This document shows positions 1-11,200 of a stretch of DNA of 64,000 nt, piece after piece. The notes below the pieces were generated by a model. It did not search any database. It had not been told where the DNA came from and worked only from the letters and a program-made list of their open reading frames with translations. The stretch is from Callorhinchus milii. Taxonomy: Eukaryota. The translations under genes and the position numbers were made by a program. Positions within the stretch are counted from its first letter, which is position 1. Each line of letters starts with the position of its first letter. The stretch lies in contig NW_024704743.1 of NCBI RefSeq assembly GCF_018977255.1, positions 72,976,001-73,040,000 on the forward strand, given 5' to 3'.

Positions 1-1249
1 TTGGCTTGCAGGATTAACAGGAGTTGAGTGGGAAGAGACCCTCACCCGTCTTCCCACTCAACTCCTGCCCGCTCCTCCATGTCTGGTCAATGGGCCAAGC
101 TGGCGGGTCTGTCATCAGCAGTGCCACGGAGGACTGCAGACCTATCTGGTTCAGGAACTGGACTTCCAAGACCACTACAGAGGATTGACTTTATTTCAAC
201 ATTTCGTTGCCAAACATATCACCTTGGAGCCAGCTCAGTTCCAACGAAACCTCCAAGGAAGATAGTCAAAGCATGTTTGGTGAGTTATTTCAGTGCAGCC
301 GTAGTACACTATTACAATCCAATACCAATACATTATCAAGGACAAAGGCTTAATACTGTAAGTCGTAGTGGTTGTAATAAAATTAATAGTACTGTATGAA
401 GATTTTGAAGCAAGGCTTCCAGTACATAGGAACGTAGGAGGAGGAGTTCATTCAGCCCTTTGAGCCTGTTCCACCATTTAACTAGATCATTGCTGATCTG
501 TACCTCAACTAATCCTTTCAATTCCAATTTCCTGCTTTCTCAAAGGTTGTTGAGAGCAGAAAGAGAATAGTGAGATGCAGGGATTGGGGTGTAGGTAAGG
601 TGATTTGCTGATGGTTGGGTTGGAGGCAAATGAAGGAGGCTGGGATTTGTGGAGCAGAGGAATGGTTGTGGGATTAGTGTTGCAGGAGATTGCAGAGATA
701 GGGTAGTGGAAGGTCTTGGGTGTCTTTGAAAATGAGAACAAGAATATTAATATAATCTATTGAGGGATAAGGGAGACAGTTAGGTGATAGGCTGACAGAG
801 CTTGGTGCAGGAGAGGGATACTGGCTGTGGAGAATCTGTATAGTCCGCAGTTTGTGAAAGGTGGGACTGAGGATTAAGATGCATGTCGTGTTGACCCCAA
901 AACTATTCTACTGTTTCATCAAACTAGAGCATTTATCTTAGGTGTCACAAATATGTGCAGTGATATGTTAAAAAAAAACGTCAAAGAGAATAATTTCGAG
1001 CAAATTCGCAAAGCTCGCGTGACTGGCATTTTGTTTTGCATGCTTGTGGTTTCAAATGTAATCCAGTTGGGTTTTGCTGCGGTACAATTCTACAAAGCCA
1101 GCAGTTCGAAGGGCATTGCTGCTGTTTCGAAAAGGAAATGGTTGTCTGCCTGAAGTGGTGCGCCTGCAGCTCAGCCCCGAAGTCATTGCAGACGCTTCCC
1201 AGATGTTGACAGCTGCGGCACCCACCAGAGTGTGTGTTTTTTTTGCCAG

Positions 1250-1333
1250 TTGCAGACGTGAGAGGCACTGCTCTCCTTTGCAGACGTGAGAGACACTGCT
1301 CTCCTTTGCAGACGTGAGAGACACTGCTCTCCC
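1250..1333. repeat. Three-copy 28-bp tandem repeat (ttgcagacgtgagagacactgctctcct)
   Basis: Three near-identical adjacent copies. Confidence 0.9.
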
Positions 1334-1379
1334 TGAAAAACGCAACAAACAAACAAAAAAACAACTCATTTTAAACCCA

Positions 1380-2065
1380 CGAGAAAAGCAGCTGCAGCTT
1401 TAATCCCCCACTCCCCCCCCCCACCATCAGCAGAGGAGCCACTTGTGTGCCGCAGCCCCTCTCCGCGGGTGGGGGCTGTGTCCCGCGGACCCGCTGGTGG
1501 TGCTCAGGGCTGCAGAGGGAGCAGTTTGCGCGCTGCACTCCCGGTGTGTGTGTGTGTGTGTGTTGCACGTGTCGGTCCCCCGGCAGCGGCCCGGGGTGGG
1601 AGGAGGAGAGGCGGAGGCGGAGAGCGGTTGATTCTTCTTTGGCTGTGAACGTCCTCCTGTTAATCACTTGGCACACACTGTGCTGGTGTTGCTGATGCCC
1701 ACAGGTAACCTTTGCACCCGCCCTTCCTCTCCTGCGGGTTCACCACCATTACTGCGGTGTTTGGCCGCTGAGTGTTGGCAGACAGTGTCTGTGTTGGGAG
1801 GGGAGGGAGAGGCGGTTAATAACAACACGAGAACTTGCTCCGCGAAAGAGCCCCAACATCCATCCAGTTCGCCTTCCACCCTCCTGCCAGTCACTTGACA
1901 TGTCGTGCCCCGAACTACATGCTGTGTCCTGAGGTTACTTTCCAGCAGAAATCCATCCAAATTGTTCCCAAAACAAACATCTCCTGTTCCCACCGTCTCC
2001 CCGGTGAGCCTGTTCCTGTTCCGTACGTTTACCACTCGCTCACGGCAGTAGTGTTTCGGCGGATT
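1380..2065 (+). promoter_or_regulatory. CpG-rich promoter / 5' UTR region of DUS3L
   Basis: GC- and CpG-rich island directly upstream of the first coding exon. A candidate 5' UTR donor CAG|gtaacc at 1704/1705 could pair with the acceptor at 2148. Confidence 0.65.
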
Positions 2066-2176
2066 TGTCCACCTATATGTTTATAGTGAATAAACTCTTG
2101 CTCTGAGTGTAATGCTGCTGCCAATGCCCATTTTGTTTTGTTTCCTAGAGGCTTACAAAGTATAACTGTTCTTGAT

Positions 2177-2256
2177 ATGGCTGAAGGAGGAGATGTCAGC
2201 AACTCCGCCAGTACAAATCGTGGGACCAACTTGGGAGTGGCACTCATCAAGCCTCA
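2177..2256 (+). CDS. DUS3L: DUS3L coding exon 1 ([26 protein letters not shown])
   Basis: ATG at 2177 and donor CA|gtaagt. Matches the DUS3L N-terminus (MAEG...GVAxIKxQ). An acceptor tttcctag ending at 2148 suggests an upstream non-coding exon. Confidence 0.9.
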
Positions 2257-5200
2257 GTAAGTCACTTCACAAGGAGGTTGCTTTGATAGGGGCTTTAATT
2301 ATTACGTCTGATAGACATTTAGTATTGAAATAAATCACCCAACACAAACGTTATGTTCATCAGTTTGCCGGTTTAGTATAAATATGGTGTGGCATATTAG
2401 AAAATCTAATAATGTTATTTTAAATGTAAATTGCAGGATTTGAAACAGCTAGGATATACGCTTTCAGTCGCCTCTTTCCATTGAACATAATTTCAGTAGC
2501 GTTTTAATATGTGTTTTACAAAACAATAGTTTTATAAAAAATAATTTTACAAAACAAAGTGCTTTGAGACATCCTCCTGTGCTTTGAGTGCTTTGAGACA
2601 TCTTCCTGACGTGAGAGGTGGCACATCATTGTAGCACTATCTGCCCCCACTCCCTGATACTCCATCCTGGAGCCCCTCTGACTTGCTCTGTCCCTGATCT
2701 TTTCTAAGGTCTGTTTCAAGACCTACCTCTTTGCCAATACCTTTGGTCATATTTTCTCTCCCCATTCCCCTCAGCTGACACTCCCTGCTTGGGTGCCAAG
2801 CCATGGGATGACCTTCCAACGTAAAAGGTGCTTGTTAAATATAAATTTATATTGTATGGATGTTTTACAGTAGATCTTTATAAATACATTCTCCAAAATT
2901 ATTTTAGATTTGAGCTTACGATATTTAAATTTTCAAAATAAGGAAACTCAGTATGTCGTTACCTCATTGCAACTGTATTGTGGGTCAGTTTTAATACAGT
3001 ATATTAATGATCCTTGCATTTGGTATAGTGTCTTTCATGTTGGGAGGACATGTTAAAGTACTTCACAGGATACACTGTAAAGTGTAGTGACTATTTTGTG
3101 GGCGAACAATATTTCAGAGACCTTTGTGTTACAGGTATCTTACTAATAAAGATCATTTCCATGAATATATTGAAAGTGGCAACGATCCAAAGAACCCTGA
3201 CAGTCATACAGAAGCTGGAGAAGTGGTAGAAGATACTGCAGCTGATGAGCTCCTAAAACATAAAGTGAAAAGGATTAAACTGGATGAAGAAAGCAGTAGT
3301 GTTCAAGACAAAAATGTGCATGAAAAAGAAAATGGAGAAATGTGTCCAAAAGAAGAGGAAAGGAAGGAAGCTAAAAGAAGAGTTCGAGGCCAAAATAAAC
3401 ACAGGCCACACATGAAGCCCAACCAGTATCAAACACAAAAGTTATGTTCATCAGTGTGTCGGGTTAGTATAAATATGATGTAGCAGTGTAAAGGTCTAAT
3501 GTTATTTTAAATGTAATTTGCAGGATTTTAAACAGCTGGGGTAAAGGAATATTTATGAATCCTGTGACCAGAAACTCCACAGTACAGGGGAGCAGTTGAT
3601 ATTGACACTTTTAGGACATCTTAAAGTTAGCTTTATGGTGTTTGCTTTGATGCAAGCACTATGTAGATCATTGGCACACATGTCAAATGTGAAGCCATGT
3701 CTTGCCTACTTGTCTGCAATAGTGTGTTCCTTCAACCAAAAAGATTTCATAGAACTTGATGTAAAATCAGTAGTAGAGTGATGAGGAGTCTGAGAAGCTA
3801 GCAGTGGTTCCATTATCTGAATACATTATTATTCTCCCCCTTCCTCTACTATCTCCAAAAGTTTATCAAGTTGCCTCGTGTACCTGTTTATGCAGCAAAT
3901 TGCTTCAATGACCTTCCCTGGTAATCTATTCTTGCCACTCTTTCTGTAGAGATGTTCCTCCAAAACTCCCTTTCACACATGTTAATGTCCCCTTGTTTTG
4001 GATAGTCAACAAGCCATAAGTACCCACCTTATCAAATCCTATCATAATTTTAAACACCTCTATCACTTCCTTTCATTTCTCTCATCTCCAGCAATTAAAT
4101 ATTAATTGTAAAACTGCCTTGGGCTATGTTTTGTGGTCATTGCCTTTGAAAGACAAGGTTTCAGGTCGACTGCTATAATTTTGCCACAGACATTTGAGCA
4201 AGTAAATCTAATGTCTGAACAGAAAATAAAGTTGATGATTAATGCTAGTTATTATCATGGTTTTAAAGTTTGTTGACATATAATTCCGTAAAATATATTT
4301 TGAGTAATATTGTACATTCACTGTTAAATAATTAATCTTTTAAATTTACTTCTACCAAAGACTAATTTATGATTTGCTTTCTTAAGGAACCAGCACAGAA
4401 ATGTTACTATGGTGACAAATGTAGATTTTTGCATGATGTATCTAAGTATCTGGAAACCAAACCCGCTGATCTTGGAGATCGATGTTACTTGTATGACATG
4501 TTTGGAAAGTGTCAGTATGGCATTAGCTGTCGCTATGCAAAATCTCACATTGGAGCAAATAACCGGAGCCTGGTTAATGAGGATCTGGTGAAGAAATGGC
4601 AAGAAAAGGTGATTGTCCAGAATAGTCTAAGCAAGCAACTGCAACAGGTGCTCCGCAAAAAGAAGTTCTCTTTTAACAATTCCGATCGATACTTGAAGCA
4701 GTTGAACCAAAGTAATGAATGCGACAAAAAGGGCAATGCAGGAAAGAACGCAGCGGATAGCCCATCAAAGCTTGGTGATGAATTAAGTCCAGATCTTTCT
4801 ATTTCAAGTGCAGCCATAGTAGAGCAAACCTCTGCAGAACCGAACAGCATAAGAATTGTAGAGCCACAGGATATGCCTTGCTGTACGGAAAGCAAACTGG
4901 ATAATGGTCTGCTGTCTGAAGCAAAGCAGACCATTGATGAAACAAACAAAAATGTTCTTACTCCAGGGATGGAAATGGGTAAAGAGAATTCTGTTCAAGA
5001 AGTTAATGATCAAATGGCCTCTGCAAAATTGTTGGGTGCTGTACTGGATGAAGACATCATCAAGCTTCGATCCTGTGAGAAGAAAACGGTGAGTCTCCTT
5101 TATTGCTTTTAATACCAGTGCAGGAAAATAACTTGGAATATCAGTGTTTAAATTTCTTGGGTCACCCTAAGATGACTTTATGCAGCTAATCTTACTTTAT

Positions 5201-8200
5201 ATGACAATCGCCAAGTGAGAATGGTAATCTCTAAATTCGTAGAATTACATAGAATCTTGAGCATGGAAACAGGCCATTTGGCTAATCAATCTGAGCTGGT
5301 GTTGATACCTCATGTGCCTCTGCCCCTCGTAATCCTAATGCAGCAATAACTGTATTAAAAACTGTGGATAGGCATGGTTTGCTTACCCTGATAGTGATCC
5401 CTAATGATCTTAATCCAATATATTGTGGTAAAGCTAGAGAGAATAAAGATGTTTAAAAGGGAAAATAAATGGATACTTGGAAAGTGGTAAGAGCATCAAG
5501 AGGATGGAGAAAACATGGAGAAATAGGATTAAAAAATCTGGCATGAGGTAATAAATTGTTGGTCCTCTCCAGTCACTAAAAAAACACAGTAACCTCTTGA
5601 CATTTTCCAGCATAAAGTTGGGTTGCACAACTGGAGCCCAGACATTAACTACATTAAGGGGCTTAAAGTATCAATTTCCATGAAGTGCAGTGGGGAGGGA
5701 TAACTCAGAATAAGAAAATGTAAAGATTGATGGAGAGGAATGTGAAAATATAAATTAAAAATTCCTATAAACACTTAAAATAAGTATTAACATAATTTCA
5801 TGAGTTTATATTTACTCTTAGTCTCTTTGCAATTGCATATATTTTTACCTATTGTACAGGGCTACTATATATTTAGTGAGGGTTTGGTGCTATAATCATT
5901 AACTAATGATCTTACTGTTCATGATGGTTTATTTTTAGCATAAGATTTAACACTCATCGAACACGCTGAGTGTACCCACACACAGAGAATTTGCCTCCTA
6001 TGCTTTCTCCAGAAGCTTCTCGATTTTAATATAAAACACAAGAGTATCTGTATGGGTTATAAAAGGAGCTATACTAGTCACTGAAATTATTGCTCTTAAC
6101 ATATCTTCCAAGCTGATAGCTCTGTTAAGATTGCACTTGTTGTGAATTTAGAGGTTAACAATGAAACTAACTACTCTTATTTAGCGAACATCCAGTCTTC
6201 ATTCGAATATTTACATTATATTTTTCCTCCTTTTTCCAGTTGAACTTCAAGGATAAGCTTTATCTTGCACCACTCACAACAGTAAGTAAAATTGTATGCA
6301 GTTCAGTTCGTGCATTCCAAGTTGCTGAAATTACACCAAAATGGATGAAAGATTATTCTTTGAGGTCAGAACACCTATGCCTTTGGTAGGCAATTATCAC
6401 TCATCTTAAATTGAGACCAGGACAGGTTACAATGGAGAATCAAGGTGACTGAACTAATATTCAGTGCACTCAGTGAGATGATGCAGTTTCAATCCCTGAC
6501 GATTGCTCTGTACCTTGCCAAATAGCTAGGTTATGAAGTCGCCACATTTCCTTGGAGGATGAGTGTGTTTACTGTCTGGTTGCTGTTGAATGCTTTTCGC
6601 CAACTAGTCAAAGTTGGCTTTGATGCAGGTCTGTGGGAAAGTGCAGGTAAATGGGATTGAAGGGATTGCTCTTAAAAGAGCCAACACAGACATGATGGGC
6701 CAAATCTTAGTTGTGAGGTTCTATAGTTCTAACCCCCAGAAGTCTTGATAGATATACAAATACCAAGGAATGGAGAAATGCTCTATTGTGCTGTCTTTTT
6801 GGTTTGTCTCACTTCACAATAAAAATCTGATATCACCAACCTTTTCCAATTCCTTTCTTTCCAGTGTGGAAATCTACCTTTCCGTCGAATATGTAAAAGG
6901 TTTGGAGCTGACATCACTTGTGGTGAGATGGCAATGTGTACAAACCTTTTGCAAGGCCAGTCTTCTGAGTGGGCACTCCTGAAACGTCATTATACGGAAG
7001 ATATCTTTGGAGTTCAGGTTTGTGTTGCATTCAGCAGTTACTTATTCTTTACTTGAAGGATGTGTGCCCTGGTGTGCTATGATGTGTTTAGACTGGCAGT
7101 ACCCGCATCAATGCGGTCCTTATCTTCACCATTCTATTAAAGTGTCAGTGAGAGCATTAGCGTTCATTTCTGTGTGGCCAATTAGAGGATGAGTCACCTG
7201 GAGTAGTCTCTCTATATTTTCGTGAAGATGGTCATTTTAAAGGAATGTATTTCCAGCACTAAATTTTCAATATAATTCAACTCCATAAAAAGATGGTCTG
7301 ACTGCAGGCCCACTTATAGCATAGGTACACTGTGGGCCTATGTTACATGGGAAGATCGAGCTACGCCTGGTCCATCCAGCTTCCCACATTATAAATGTCT
7401 GCTTTCTGTGTTGCGAGGTCACCACTGACATCAGTTCCTGTGTTCTGCATGTGCGTTCTGCACGCAGGAAATGATGTCAGTGACTCATAAGAAATTCCAG
7501 TATTGTAACATATTGACCCTCTATGAACTGTATCAGACTTCTGATTTCATTTATCAATAATAAAAAGCAAAGGGAAGTAGAAATCTATGATTAATAAAAT
7601 AAAAAGGGGATTCCACAACTACCAAAATGTGTTTTCTTTAGGGTTTTTCACCCGTGTTAGCAAACAGCAAAATGTGAGGAAGCAACCCCAACCCATTGTG
7701 ATCAATTGCTTTTACACATGAGGGAGAAAAATAGAAGGGCAAGGGACGGAGTGGGTGTAGACATGTGGAGTATAAACTCTGGCATGGACTGGTTGGGCTA
7801 AATAGCCACTTTCAGTGCTGTGCAGTCAATGTAAATCTATGTAACTTTTTGCAGGAAGTGTGCTAAAATGTTTTCTTTCCTACAGCTAGAGGGTGCTTTT
7901 CCTGACACTTTGACAAAATGTGCAGAACTTCTAAACCAGACTATAAATGTGGACTTTGTTGATATTAATGTGGGATGCCCAATAGATCTTGTATATCACA
8001 AGGTAAGTTTTCCACCAACAAATTTGAATGTGTATGTTTAACTGTTTGTTACAAAAGCAGTGCATTGCTGTAGAAGAACATATAGAAGAATATGGCTTTA
8101 AGACATATTTTGACTAATCACCAATAGAGGAAAACAATGGAAAAACATGTAACAGAGGGAGAAGGACATGAGATAGGAGCTATTAGTCCTGTAGCTTAGT

Positions 8201-11200
8201 GGTTAGAGCACATGAGAGACCAGGGTTCGATTCCCGGCCAGGGCGAAACATTGGGCAAGCTTCCTTACTCCACATACCTGTTTACCTAGCAGTAAGTAGG
8301 ACCCTGACATGATTGCTGTCTTTAAGATTCCAAAGGGGCAAGACAATACAGATAATGACAGATTGTTTCAAATTGTCCAGAATAGTAAAACCAGAGGACA
8401 CAACCTTCAATTCAAGGGGGTAAATTCAGAATGAATACGCAAACACTATTTCAGTGAGCGAATAGTGAACCTGTGGAACAAGCTCCCTAGGAAGACGGTT
8501 GAAGCAGGAAATGTTGATTCTTTCAAACACAGATTAGATAGTTTTCTTTTAGGAAATAACATTATGGGATATAGTACATAGGTATTTTGGGACATATGTG
8601 CATGCGACCGCTAGGAAGGTGAAAGGCGAATTAGGTGGACCTTGGTCTTTTTTGGTCTAGCATTTCTTATGTTAAATGTATACAAACTTTGCTTGTTGAG
8701 CACATGGATTTATTTGCAAACTTTTCATCTAATAATGGCAACCCTTTACAGGGAGGTGGCTGTGGATTAATGAATCGATTAAACAAGTTTGAGCAGATTG
8801 TGAAAGGAATGAACTCTGTAAGTAGTTTCTATTTTTTATTTGGGGTTGGGTGGGAGGGAGGATGGTGAGAAGAAAGTCTACAATTTTTTTTTAAAAATCC
8901 ACATTTCTTTGTGTGAAACCCAAAGTGTGTCCGTGACTTATTATAGGTACTGGATGTTCCACTCACTGTGAAAATAAGAACTGGAGTACATGAAAAAGTC
9001 AACATTGCTCACAAATTAATACCCAATCTAAGGGATTGGGGGGTTTCTCTAGTTACTGTAAGTACATTTAATAATAATCCTTGCATTTGATATAGTCCCT
9101 TATCATGTATTTGAGACATCTCAAAGCATATTGTTTGCTGCAATTATTTCATGACTGATCTTGTCAGAGTTTCTAGTGGAAACAAAATAGTGAAATGATT
9201 TCAGTGAACCCTGACATCTGATTCATGTTCTATTGCTGGTTAAACTGTACCTCAGGCTGACAGGTCAATAAGATTACCGAACTATACACTCATATTCAAA
9301 GTACAACTGAATAGTTTCAGGTCTGGGGACAGAGTAGTTTCAAATAGTTTTATAAACAAGGGCTCAGTGCTTCAAAGTAAGCACAGGAACAGCCACTAGG
9401 ATGTACAGCAATTTATTTTTAGTTAATTAGTGGTTGGCATTTTGGAACAGTTTAACAGCATAGATAGCCAAACAATGTTTAAAAAAAAAGAAACTAGATA
9501 TGTTTGTGGAAATGAAAGAGTCCCTTTTTGGGGATGTTGAATGGGTAGACAGGCCAGTTAGATAATCTACTACTGCTTGAAAGTGCTACAGTTGTTTTAA
9601 GTTTCCAAATACTGTAAACCTATTGAAATATAACAACTGGAAATTCTGAAATAAAGAAATCAAAGGCATACAGACATGAAAATCATAATTGCGATTTTAA
9701 AGTAACTAACCTGTAGGACATAGCTAACTTGTTGTTTTGGTTGTTGTGTTACATTTTCTGCTTTTGTGTCATCCTCTTCCTGCTTCCTTCTACTAACCCT
9801 CCACAATTTTCCTCTTCTGTACCCTGTCTTCTAGTGACCTCTCTCTCCTCCATTACCCATCCTTTTTGCTCCTCTCCGGTCTGCCTCCCCACCTATCCCT
9901 GCTTCATGACTCACAGCCTCCTTCCACATCACCATTGCTGGCTGAACCTTCAGCCACTGCAATCACTTCAGTCAACCTAACCTCTGTAACTCCCAACTTC
10001 TATCTCTCAATCTCATCCTTCCTCTCGCCCCTTGCTCTCCTCTCTCGCTTTTTTTAAATCAGTCTTAAAACTTACCTCTTCAATTGTGCCTATGGTTACT
10101 TTCCCCCTTGCTCTGTGTTCAGTTGCCACTGTGAAACACTGTGATGTTAGCCTATGTGAAGGGTGCTATATAAATGCAAATTGTTGTTGTAGCTCCATGG
10201 CAGATCCCGGGAACAACGTTATACTAAATTGTCAGACTGGGACTACATTAATGACTGTGCTCGACTGGCTAATCCAATGCCACTTTTTGGTGGGTATGAC
10301 TTTGATGCTGTATATTAAGTAATTGACCATTGCTCTATGTTGTGCATTTCAACTGCACTTTAATAGTTCCAGTTAACACGTTTCTTACTTTCTGTAGTAT
10401 CAACATGTTCTCAGATGAGGGTGGAGAACCAAATTGCATCTAATTATACTGTTCACTTGTAGATTTACAGAAAGCTTTCTGACTTGTAAAATTCACAGTT
10501 AATTTTCCTCCCAAAGATCTTTCCAACAGGACACCTCACCCCAAACAAAAAAACATTCTAATCTTGGATGTTCTGACTTTGTTCATCAAATATGTTGGGC
10601 ATGGCAGAAAAGATCATTCGAACAGCATATCTCTGCAGCGCTCCCGAGATGCTATCCTGCATGAAGGACGCATAATGCAAGTTGTATCTCATTTAACATA
10701 GCTCAGTATTGATATGGGAGCTATATCTGTCTGACATAACTATTTTTCTCTGCCAGATAGTTTAAGGTGATTATTTAGATAGTTAAGGGTAATGGTAACT
10801 ATTTGTACTACAGTACTCACTATGTGCTGCTAGTATAAAGGGATTTGAAAATTTAGGTTGAAAGATTATAGATCTGTTGTGTCTCATCAAAATATTTAAT
10901 TTTCCTCAGGAAATGGAGATATACTGTCATTTGAAGATGCCAACAAAGCAAAGACAACAGGGGTGTCTGGAATTATGATTGCAAGGTGTGTATCTATGCA
11001 AATTCCAAAGACTTGGAGTAAATGTTTAGAAAAAGAAACCTTTACCTTTGTGACCTGCTAACCCCTTATCAACCTGTCCGCTCCCTCCGCTCAGTAAGCT
11101 TCAGCCTGCTCCACGTCCTGCACCCGGCCCGCCCCAGTATCACCAGTCAGGCCTTCAGCTTCTCTGCTCCCACCCTTTGGTACTCCATCCCACATTCGCA

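Noticed and set aside
4545..4949. 134-aa minus-strand ORF
   Set aside because: Antisense shadow of DUS3L exon 3.
7280..7395. H/ACA snoRNA in a DUS3L intron
   Set aside because: Two hairpins and a terminal ACA are present, but there is no ANANNA H box in the hinge, and the arms look like a CpG-decayed palindrome.
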